The notes under the pieces were generated by a model, which was given only the letters and a program-made list of their open reading frames with translations, made no database searches and was not told the origin of the DNA. Of a DNA stretch of 64,000 nt, positions 53,877 to 64,000 are shown piece by piece. The stretch is from positions 1-64,000 of the forward strand of contig CAWDSQ010000032.1 of the NCBI GenBank assembly GCA_963804955.1. Direction: 5' to 3'. A program made the translations under genes and the position numbers. Positions within the stretch are counted from its first letter, which is position 1, and the number at the start of each line of letters is the position of its first letter. The stretch comes from an uncultured delta proteobacterium. GTDB taxonomy: Bacteria; Desulfobacterota; WTBG01; CAIYCZ01; CAIRTM01.

Positions 53877-54096
53877 TTACTCAACTTGACTGACTTTTAA
53901 CAGAATCATGGAAAATCCTTGTATTATTCTTGCCCAGGCCAGCCTGTTCAGGGGCACAAAGCGTCGCAAGGGCGGTGCGAATGAATGTGTCGTATCACAG
54001 AAAAAAACTGGTTTTATGAGCACGTAGCCCGACGCAAGCGGCGTGCCACTGAACAGGCTCGCACCAGCTTAAAAAGTCAGTCAAGTTGAGTAATTA
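53874..54096. mobile_element. putative MITE / non-autonomous inverted-repeat element
   Basis: Perfect 25-bp terminal inverted repeats (53874-53898 / 54072-54096), nested internal inverted repeat, no ORF. Confidence 0.7.
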
Positions 54097-54109
54097 CAGG
54101 ATGACTCTT

Positions 54110-56933
54110 TCATAAGATATTTTTTAAAAACTGCCCTGTATACGAATTCTTCACCTTTACAATCTCCTCAGGAGTGCCCGCAGGCAACTACATACCCGCC
54201 CCCTTCGCCACCCTCCGGGCCAAGATCAATAATATAATCAGAAGCCTTGATGACATCCATATTATGCTCTATAACAAGCACCGTGTTGCCGCGATCAACA
54301 AGACTGGCAAGAACATCCAGCAGCTTGGCCACATCGGCAAAATGAAGACCGGTTGTGGGTTCATCAAGTATATAGAGGGTATGGCCTTTCTCTCTTCGAC
54401 TCAATTCGCGCGATAGCTTTATGCGCTGCGCTTCACCGCCTGACAAAGTCGTTGCCTGCTGGCCAAGGGTAATATAGTTGAGGCCGACATCGTGCAGAAC
54501 CTGCAGCCTGCCCCGTATTTGCGGTATATTTTCAAAAAAAGGCAGTGCTTCGCTCACGGTCATATCAAGCACGTCAGCAATATTTTTCCCCTTATACAGA
54601 ACCTCAAGAGTTTCCCTGTTATAGCGTCTGCCCCGGCATACATCGCAGGTAACATAAATATCGGGTAAAAAATGCATTTCGATCTGAACCAGGCCATCGC
54701 CCTGACAGGCTTCGCACCTGCCGCCTTTCACATTGAAGCTGAACCGTCCCGTTTTATAGCCACGCATGCGCGACTCCGGCAATCCGGCAAACACCTCACG
54801 AATCGGATCAAAAAGCCCGGTAAAAGTTGCGGGATTAGAGCGCGGCGTGCGGCCTATGGGTGACTGATCAACATTGATGACTTTATCAATTTTATCAATG
54901 CCTCTGATTTCCGCAACGCTGCCGGTCTTTGCTGCTGTTTTATAAAGCTTATGAGCAAGCTGCGCATATAGGGTGTCAACGACCAGGGTGCTTTTGCCGG
55001 ATCCAGACACACCGGTTACACAAACAAAAAGATTCAGCGGTATGGAAACCGTAATGTCTTTTAAATTATTTTCACACGCGCGGATTATCGTGAGCGTATT
55101 TTTTTTCTCGGCAGATCGACGAACAGACAGCGGTCTTTTTGGTGGGCGGGCAAGATAGCGGCCGGTCACAGATTGTGGATTCATCGCAAGCGCATCGGGT
55201 GTGCCGGCACCCACCACATGGCCCCCCTCAGTGCCAGCTCCCGGGCCAAGATCAATGACATAGTCAGCCGCTCTAATCGTCTCCTCATCATGCTCGACGA
55301 CGATAACCGTATTTCCGATATCCCGCAGTTGTCGCAGCGTCATGAGCAACCGCTTTGTATCACGGGCATGGAGTCCGACACTGGGTTCATCCAGCACGTA
55401 CAGTACACCGGTCAGCCGTGAGCCGAGCTGCGTTGCAAGCCGTATACGGTGCGCCTCACCGCCGGACAATGAGCCTGCAATGCGATCAAGGGTCAGGTAC
55501 TCAAGGCCCAAATATGACAGATAATAAAGCCGCTGGCTGATTTCTTTCACAAGCGGTTTAGCTATCTCAGCCCGGCTGCCGCTGAACTGCAGAGACCCCA
55601 TAAAATCCAGGCATGCGGCAACATTCATACAATTAAAATCGTATATTGACGTTGCCGTTCAGTTTGATCGAAAGGCTTTCTTTTCGCAGACGCATTCCCT
55701 TGCAATCATGGCATACAGCCTGATTCATATACTGTAAAAGTTCCTCACGGACCTTTTCGGATTCTGTTTCATGGTAGCGCTTATTGAGATACTGCAGCAC
55801 TCCCTGAAATGGCTTCTCCGTTTTATACAGACTCTTTTTCCCTTCAAAAACCAGCTGATACTTTCTCATCGCCGGAACCGGACAGCAGTATGGTGCGAAT
55901 ACGCAGGGGCAATTTCCTGAAAGGCGTATCAAGAGAAAACCCATAGTGCTGTGCAAGCGAGCCGGCCAGATGTTTTACCCAGAATGAATCCGCGGTGCCC
56001 CAGGGCGCAATGGCTCCCTGGTTGATTGAAAGCCCGCTGTCAGGAACGATCAGCAGAGGATCAAAGTCAACTTTGGTGCCAAGGCCTAAACAGGCCGGAC
56101 AGGCGCCGTAGGGGCTGTTAAAGGAAAACGTGCGCGGGCTGACCTCTGGATAACTAACACCGCAGTCCGGGCAGGCAAGTTTTTCGTTAAACAGCATTTC
56201 GCTGCCACTGCTCAGCAGAACCACGACAAGGCCACCGCTGAAGCGCAGTGCCGTCTGTATCGAGTCGGCAAGCCGCTTTTCAATGCCCGCTTCTAACCAT
56301 AATCCTGTCTACAACGATGTCGATAGTGTGCTGTTTGTTCTTATCAAGGACATAGTCGGCATCTCAAGATCAACCAGAGACACCATCAATCCTGGCTCGG
56401 ATAAATCCTTCCTTTTGCAGATCATGAAGTTCTTTTTTATATTCACCCTTCCTGCCCCGAACCACAGGCGCCAGCAGTATAAGCTTTTCACCTTCGGGCA
56501 GCTCCATAATACGGTCTATCATCTCCTGAATCGTTTGAGATGAAATCTCTCGTCCGCAGGTATGGCAATACGGGGTCCCGAGGCGCGCATACAGCACACG
56601 CAGATAGTCATAAATTTCGGTGACAGTTGCGACCGTCGAGCGGGGATTTTTGCTGACCGTTCTCTGCTCAATGGCGATGGCAGGCGACAGTCCTTCGATA
56701 GAATCAACGTCAGGCTTCTGCATCTGCTCAAGAAACTGGCGGGCATAGGCAGAGAGAGATTCCACATAGCGACGCTGGCCCTCGGCATAGATGGTATCAA
56801 AGGCGAGCGATGATTTGCCGGAACCGCTTACCCCGGTAATGACAACCAGATTATTTTTGGGGATCTCAACATCAATATTTTTAAGGTTGTGAACTCTGGC
56901 GCCTTTTATAATAATTTTTTTCGCTCCAGCCAT
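54110..56933 (-). CDS. uvrA: excinuclease ABC subunit A (several indels)
   Basis: [44 protein letters not shown] twice, second Walker A. Confidence 0.96.
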
Positions 56934-56954
56934 GCCGGTACATTCCTTAAAAAT

Positions 56955-56984
56955 AAAAAGCACCCGTCTCAGTAACGGGTGCTT
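56955..56984 (-). terminator. terminator-like hairpin immediately upstream of the uvrA RBS
   Basis: AAGCACCCGT/ACGGGTGCTT stem then TTTATTTTT on the minus strand. Confidence 0.6.
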
Positions 56985-57251
56985 GTATTGTAATATAGAG
57001 CGAAAAAAAACTCTAAGAAAATTCTTATCAGTGCCGCCGAAATTACGCCTACCTTATTCGATGAAGCGGATCGATTGAAAATCCGCATGCAGATCTTCTG
57101 ATGAAAGACGGACACAGAAAAGATTTACGTTCGCTGCTAATTATGGTCATGGATTAATTAAGACCGATTCATCAACACAGCGAGAGGTTCAACAACTCGC
57201 TTCCGCACATGATCACATATCCCACATTCAAGGTGCCTGCATACAGCTTGC

Positions 57252-57284
57252 AAAAAAAATAGCCGGTTATTTCTAACCGGCTAT
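57252..57284 (-). terminator. intrinsic terminator of the histone-like gene
   Basis: ATAGCCGGTTA/TAACCGGCTAT stem with T-run on the minus strand. Confidence 0.8.
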
Positions 57285-57307
57285 CTCAGAACTGATGGAA
57301 ACAACGC

Positions 57308-57503
57308 TTACTTCTTGGCCTTTTTAGCAGGCTTCTTCACTGCAGCCTTTTTCTTGGGTGCGGCTTTTTTCTTGGGTGCTGCTTTTTCTTTGGCGACTGC
57401 TTTCTTGAGGTCGCCTTCAAACTTTTTAATTTTCTTGCCCAGCTTAGCCAACTGCTTTTTTATTTGCTGCTATCCACAATTTAATTTGTTTGGAACTTGC
57501 CAT
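57308..57503 (-). CDS. small Lys/Ala-rich histone H1-like protein (homopolymer indel near 57460)
   Basis: RBS AAGGAGG, ATG 57503; after removing one A it reads MASSKQIKLWIAANKKQLAKLGKKIKKFEGDLKKAVAKEKAAPKKKAAPKKKAAVKKPAKKAKK. Confidence 0.75.
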
Positions 57504-57725
57504 GAATAATCCTCCTTGTTTGATTTGTTGTGTAACATTAACACTACAATTTTTTTATCGGATTAATCATAGTAAACTTAAATAAAAAATTTTTAAATTA
57601 AAAATCAATGAAAACAATAAAAATGGTCGCAAGCATGCTGACAAAAATAGTATAGCGCAAAATTTTTCAATCTAAAAAAAAACTTTCTTAACCTCTCACA
57701 GGGCATCTGCGTTGATGTGATGTTT

Positions 57726-58458
57726 TTATCGGCCGACAGAAAGTCTGTGTGCCAGAAAATCCGGCAAGCCTGCACGCCTGAACTTTTCTCTGGGCAGACA
57801 CAAGGTCATATTCTACACGGACCAGATAATACCGGTTGCCTGAAGCATCATAAACACCATAGCTGGCGCGGGGATCACCGTCACGGGGCTGCCCTACGCT
57901 GCCGCAGTTTATTATATATCGACAGTACGGATGAAGGGTAAGGCTTGCCGGCAATTCCCGCACAACTGGCTGCATCTTCAAACTTTACAAAAATTGCGGG
58001 GCAATGCGTATGCGCGATAAAACACAAACGATGATTGAATGTCTCGAAGACAGCTTCAGCATCCATTGCATTGAAAACATACCTCCACGGTATCAGGCAT
58101 ATTCGGCGTCGCATGCACACACAGCAGTTCATTCATATCAAGTATAAGCGGCAGTGACAGAAGAAACAACTTATTTTTCCGGGTTAATTGTGCACATGTC
58201 CACGCCAGAGCATCACCGGCCACAGCGTTAAAAGTATCGTACTGACTGCCTGCCTGCGGCAGCCCAATCATGATTTCCTGCGACGGCTAGTTTGTTAGGG
58301 TCTGCAGCTGTTCTATGCATTCATTTGGATTTGCCCCGTACCCTACAATATCTCCCAGAAAAATGATCACGATCCACATGCTCGTTCTTTATTGACTCGC
58401 ATACGGCTGTAAATGCCTCAAGGTTGCCGTGCACATCGGATATAAATGCGGTTTTCAT
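57726..58458 (-). CDS. calcineurin-like metallophosphoesterase (indel-split)
   Basis: ISDVHGN, LGDIVGYG, GNHD, AHTH, N.GSVGQPRDGDPRASY. Confidence 0.88.
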
Positions 58459-58697
58459 GTGATATCAGGCTTGTCTTAGTTGCATTTTTAAAGTATAAAG
58501 TATATACAAGTTTCACATATTAAAAAAGCATATTGTATTCCTGCTTCCAGTGAAATTGTTTCAGTCCTATTCCTGAGCATGATCACCAAGATATTACGCC
58601 ATTGTCTATAACCGGATGTATTGAAAATGAGTTGCATCCATATATGCTTTTTTATATAGTTTGCCACCCTGATTAAATTTTTTGAGACAAAATCGAC

Positions 58698-59793
58698 ATG
58701 TCAGACGAAAAAAAACAATTGCAGACACTCAGAGAGCAGATCGACGCAATCGACGATCAGGTTGCTTGACACTTCTTAACAAACGCGCATCTCTTGTGCT
58801 TGAAATCGGTCATCTAAAAAAGCAGGCAAATCGGCAAATTCTTGTGCTTGAACGCGAAGAATCAATTTACCAGAGACTGGTCACACTCAACCAGGGGCCA
58901 TTCCCCTCAAGCGCGATACGGCCAATTTTTCGGGAAATCATATCGGCATCACTGTCTCTGGAAAAAACACTCCAGATTGCATGCCTGGGGCCCGAAGCAA
59001 CATTCTCTCATATTGCAGCCATTCAGCAGTTCGGACAGGCTGCCAACTTCACCTTCACGCGAGGAGTTCCCGATATTTTTGATGAGGTGGAACGCGGTCG
59101 GGCTGACTACGGCGTCGTGCCAATTGAAAATTCAACCGAAGGCGTTGTTAACCTGACGCTCGATATGTTCATAGAATCCCCTCTGCAGATATGCTCCGAG
59201 GTAATGCTTGCCATATCGCAATGCCTTCTTTCCACTGAACAGGAGCTTGAGTGATATCAAAGTTGTCTATTCGCATCCCCAGCCTATTGCCCAATGCTAC
59301 AACTGGCTCGCAAAGAACATGCCCCATGCCGAAATCAAAGAAACTTTCAGCACGGCTGTTGCCGCGCAAATGGCAAAAACAGAGCCCGGCAGCGCAGCCA
59401 TTGCCAGTGAGTTTGCCGCACAAACCCATGAGCGTGCCTGTTCTACGGCAGCGCATAGAAGACAATGCGCAAAACTACACCCGTTTCTGGGTTATCGGCA
59501 GACAGTCTCCCGGTAGAACCGGAACAGATAAAACCTCAATCATGTTTTCCATTAAAGACGGTGTCGGAGCTCTGCATGAAATACTGAAGCCATTCAGCAC
59601 CCATGCTATCAATATGACCAAAATAGAATCACGGCCTTTCAGGAAAAAACCCTGGGAATACATATTTTTTATCGATATTGAAGGCCACCAGCAGGACGAG
59701 CACATCAAGTCTGCCCTTGACGAAGTGGCGGCATCAGCCCAATTCATGAAAGTTCTCGGCTCGTACCCCCGCAGCGATCGCATGCTGCCCTGA
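58698..59793 (+). CDS. pheA: chorismate mutase / prephenate dehydratase (indel-split)
   Basis: LREQIDAID, LGPEATFSH, VPIENSTEG, YSHPQ, NYTRF, TKIESRP. Confidence 0.93.
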
Positions 59794-59811
59794 GGTGACC
59801 GGTGAAATATC

Positions 59812-60691
59812 ATGTTCAATCATATCGCAATAGCCGGCCTCGGACTCATCGGCGGATCACTTGCCCGTGATATACGCAAGCTCGGTCTTGCCGCAACCAT
59901 CACAGGCTTTGGCCGCAATCCTGAGCGCCTTAAAAAGGCCTGTGAAATGGGCTTAATCGACGCCTGGCATACCGACTTTACACAGGGCATTGCACAGGCC
60001 GATCTTGTTATCGTCGGCACCCCCGTTCGGCTTATACCGCAGCAGATTCTTGAAATGCTGCCGCATGTGAAGCAGGGCGCAGTAATCACTGATGTCGGCA
60101 GTGTTAAAACAGCCATTATTGAACAGATCGAGCCCGCATATGCCGCCTGGCGTTTTTTTTATCGGCGGACATCCTATTGCAGGCACTGAAAATTCAGGTT
60201 TTGAGTCATCAATACGAAGGATCTTTTTAAAAATCGCGCCTGCGTTTTGACGCCAACCGACAAAACCGACCCGCAGGCACTTAAAAAACTTGCGGAATTC
60301 TGGACAGCCGTCGGAGCACATGTTGTGCAGATGGACATAAAGACGCATGACATGATATTTGCCGGCATCAGCCACCTGCCCCACATGGTGGCCTTTTCAC
60401 TGGTGAATGCTGTCACTGATATGGAAAACTTCGAAAAGCAGATACTGCAGTATTCCGCAGGCGGCTTTCGTGATTTCACCCGTATCGCAGCAAGTGATCC
60501 TGTCATGTGGCGTGATATTGCATTAATGAACAAAGACCATATTCTCAATGCCATAGACTTTTTTCGAAAAATCCCTTGGCGCATTGAAACAAAGCATTGC
60601 AGCAGGCGATGCATCACTGATTGAACAGTTCTTTAAAAAATCGCACGATACTCGACGCGACCATATAACAAACATTGAGCTTTATCATTGA
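59812..60691 (+). CDS. tyrA: prephenate dehydrogenase (indel-split)
   Basis: GLGLIGGS, DVGSVK, GHPIAGTE, SHLPH, GGFRDFTRIAAS. Confidence 0.92.
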
Positions 60692-61992
60692 GCACACTAA
60701 CCACACAAAAAGCATCTAAACTCAAAGGTGAGTTGACGCTTCCCGGTGACAAATCCATTTCACATCGGGCAATCATCTTTTCCGCTCTCTCATCAGGAAA
60801 ATGCGAAATACACAACCTGTGTTCAGGCGAAGACGCTTCCAGAACCCTTGAAATTTTCCGTCAAATGGGCATACAGGCGGAATGCCCCGGCGCAACCATG
60901 TTATCTATTACCGGCAAAGGGCTGCATGGCCTGCAGGAGCCGTCGACGGTGCTGTATACCGGCAACTCAGGGACAACGACACGCCTTATGGCAGGACTTC
61001 TGAGCCCGCAGCGTTTTTTTACCGTGCTGTCGGGCGATGCATCCCTCAACCAGAGACCAATGAAACGGGTAGTCGGCCCTTTGCGCCAGATGGGCGCGTG
61101 CATACATGGCCGCAGTGACGGTAATTTTGCACCTCTTGCTATTACGGGATCACCCCTGCAGGGGCATTGACTACATATTGCCTGTTGCCAGCGCTCAAAT
61201 AAAATCAAGCCTTATGCTTGCCGGCCTCTATGCTGATGGCATCACGAGGATCACAGAACCGGCGCTGTCCCGGGATCATACTGAACGTATGCTTGAGCAT
61301 CTCGGCGTTCCGATCTACCGGAAATCAGCAACTGTTGCAATTACTCGCAGCCGCGGATATACGCCCCGAGCGGTATGACATCCCCGGGGATATCTCGTCA
61401 GCTGCTTTTTTCATTGTCGCAGCACTGCTGGTTCCAGGCTCAGAAATAGTGCTGAAGGGAATCGGCGTAAATCCAACACGAACCGGCATTATTGATATTT
61501 TACAGGCCATGGGCGGCATGATAGAGCTGCAGAACATCCGGACGGTCTGTGGCGAACCGGTTGCCGATATTTTCGTGCGGGCAAGCCGGTTAAAGGGCAT
61601 TATGATAAACGGCGGCATTATTCCACGTGCCATCGATGAAATCCCCGTGGTGGCCATAGCTGCCGCATGCGCAGAAGGAACAACAGTTATTAGCGACGCT
61701 GCGGAGCTGCGCGTAAAAGAATCCGACCGCATCGCCACCATGACCAGCGAACTGAAAAAATGCGGCGTTACGGTGCAGGAACATGAAGACGGGATGATAA
61801 TCACCGGCGCGGAACAGCTTGCAGGGAGCACGCTGCCAAAGTTACGGCGACCACCGCATTGCCATGTCCTTTGCCGTTGCAGGCCTTGTGGCGCACAGCG
61901 AAATGACCATTGAGGACAGCGACTGCATCAATACATCATTTCCTGAATTTATGCCAAAACTCACAGAACTGTATACAGCTAACGACTGCTAA
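60688..61992 (+). CDS. aroA: 3-phosphoshikimate 1-carboxyvinyltransferase (indel-split)
   Basis: [46 protein letters not shown]. Confidence 0.95.
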
Positions 61993-62000
61993 AAAGTGCC

Positions 62001-62686
62001 ATGACCAGCTCCATAATTACCATCGACGGACCTGTCGGCTCGGGTAAAAGCACTATCGGACGGCTTCTGGCTCAAAAGCTTGGTCTTGTGTACCTTGACA
62101 CCGGCGCCATGTACCGCGTTATTGCGCTTGAAGCCCGTGAGCGAGGGATTGAGGCCGGCGATGAACATGCTCTCGCAGCCTTGTCCGAAACAACAGACAT
62201 ACTGTTCAAGCAGTCCGATGATAGGCAGCTGGTATTTTCATCGGGCCGCGATGTAACTGATGCCATTCGCACCCCGGAGATCAGCATGCTTGCATCGCGC
62301 ATTTCTGCGCTCAAATCGGTCCGCAGTGCTCTTGTAGCGCTGCAGCGTCAGATCGGCAGCCATGGCGGCATCGTTGTCGACGGACGCGATGCCGGCACCG
62401 TCATCTTCCCGCATGCCCGGTTCAAGTTCTACCTTGATGCCAGCAGTTGAAATACGGGCCCAACGACGCTATAAAGAATGTATTGAAAAAAAAATAAATA
62501 TCGATTATAATGATTTGTTTTTAGATATACAAAAGCGCGACCATGATGACAGCAGCCGGAGCATAGCGCCACTAAAGCCGGCCCCCGGATGCCGTCATTA
62601 TAGATACAACCACGATGACACTTGAGGATGTTCTCGAAGCGATTTCATCACGCATCGACTTGGATGAACAGGCCTCATTGCCATAA
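62001..62686 (+). CDS. cmk: cytidylate kinase (indel-split)
   Basis: IDGPVGSGKST, DTGAMYR, DGRDAGT, RD..D..R..APL. Confidence 0.93.
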
Positions 62687-62714
62687 ATAAAAACGGAAGA
62701 GAGGAAAAAGAACA

Positions 62715-64000
62715 ATGGAACAAACTACTAACACCAACCAGCCTGCTGAAAATATGCGAGCAGGCAAACAGCGCTTTGATTGACGGCGAAAGCTTCGAAC
62801 AAATGCTGGAAGAAAGTCTGAGTGCGCGCAAGGTGCAGACAGACGAGGTCGCACAGGGACGCATCATTCAGATTACAGCCGATTATGTTATCGTCGATGT
62901 CGGCTGCAAATCCGAAGGACAGATTCCCATCGAGGAATTCAAGGACGCCGACGGCAATATGACCGTTAAAGTAGGCGACAAAGTCGATGTCTTCATTGAA
63001 GGATGGGAGAACGAAACCGGCATGATGCCTCTGTCCAAGGACAAGGCGGATAGAATGCGCGTATGGGACACCGTGAGCAAGGTCTATGACGACGACGGCC
63101 TTATCGAGGGAAAAATCGTGTCCAAGATCAAAGGCGGCCTTGCAGTTGATGTCGGCCTGAAGGCATTTCTGCCCGGCTCGCAGATCGATCTGCATCCGGT
63201 GCGGGATCTCGACAGGCTGATCGGCCAGACCCTTCAGTTCAAAATACTGAAACTGAGCAAAAAACGCGGCAATATCGTGCTTTCCCGCCGCGCAATTCTC
63301 GAAAAAGAGCGTGAAAGCCTTCGATCAGAGACGCTCAAAAACATCGAAGAAGGCTCTATCGTTAAAGGCACGGTCAAGAATATCACCGATTACGGCGTAT
63401 TCATCGATCTTGGCGGTGTAGACGGCCTGCTGCATGTGACCGATATTTCCTGGGGCCGCATCACATCCCCGCGCGATTACTTCAATATCGGTGATGTCAC
63501 CGATGTGAAGATCCTGAGCTTTGACCGCGAGAATCAGCGTGTCGCTCTCGGATTCAAACAGATGAAAACAAACCCCTGGGAGCTTGTTCAGCAGACATAC
63601 GCGATCAATAACCGGGTCAGCGGCAAGGTGGTCAATATCACCAATTACGGGGCATTCATCGAGCTTGAGGAAGGTGTTGAAGGGCTTATTCATATCTCCG
63701 AAATGTCCTGGACGAAAAAGGTCAAGCATCCCTCACAGCTGATCTCAATAGGCGACGTCGTAGAGGCAGTGGTGCTTGATGTCGATGTTGCCAGAAAGCG
63801 CATCTCGCTGGGCCTCAAGCAGCTTGAGCCCAATCCCTGGTCGGTTATCGAAGAGCGGTATCCGGTCGGCACGGTTGTTGAAGGAAAAATCAAAAACATC
63901 ACCGATTTCGGCATATTCATCGGCCTTGATGAAGGCATTGACGGACTTGTCCACATCTCGGATATATCCTGGATACAGAAAATCAAGCATCCTGCCGAGG
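62715..64000 (+). CDS. rpsA: 30S ribosomal protein S1 (runs off the window; indel near 62757)
   Basis: DVGCKSEG, AFLPGSQID, YGVFIDLGGVDGLLHVTDISW, successive S1 repeats; follows cmk. Confidence 0.95.

Noticed and set aside
57315..57509. Plus-strand 64-aa Phe/Ala/Leu-rich ORF in the track
   Set aside because: Antisense shadow of the Lys/Ala-rich minus-strand gene, which has the RBS and terminator
58698..64000. pheA-tyrA-aroA-cmk-rpsA as a novel cluster
   Set aside because: Widely conserved housekeeping arrangement

Overview
Chromosomal segment of an anaerobic bacterium. The gene content and acs operon order suggest a Desulfobacterota/deltaproteobacterial genome (inference). Its core is a complete Wood-Ljungdahl carbonyl-branch operon on the minus strand (acsV-cooC-acsD-cooS-acsB-acsC-acsE-cooC, ~16.0-27.8 kb). 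An AT-richer ABC-transporter-dependent polysaccharide locus follows (wzm, GT4, wzt, SAM-methyltransferase, gmd, three GTs; 31.9-41.4 kb). Also present: glgA, a transglutaminase/ABC-exporter trio, ihfB, yacG, uvrA and the pheA-tyrA-aroA-cmk-rpsA operon. The left 16 kb holds a PlsB-like acyltransferase, a second short S1 protein, two GT-C membrane glycosyltransferases, a NodU/CmcH carbamoyltransferase, three flavodoxin-fold genes, a LysM-M15 peptidase and an orphan NarL regulator. About half of the genes, including housekeeping ones (rpsA, aroA, cmk, uvrA), are split by single-base indels, most likely long-read consensus errors; I joined these by hand, so junctions are approximate. The best leads are: a ~223-bp element with perfect 25-bp terminal inverted repeats between converging genes; a ~190-aa C-terminal extension on AcsD; a small ORF carrying a flavinylation-like DVVTSAT motif; a histone H1-like protein missed by the ORF track; a perfect palindromic operator beside the NarL regulator; and two uncharacterised envelope modules. 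I saw no rRNA, tRNA, CRISPR array or transposase. All family assignments are from motif recognition, not database searches.
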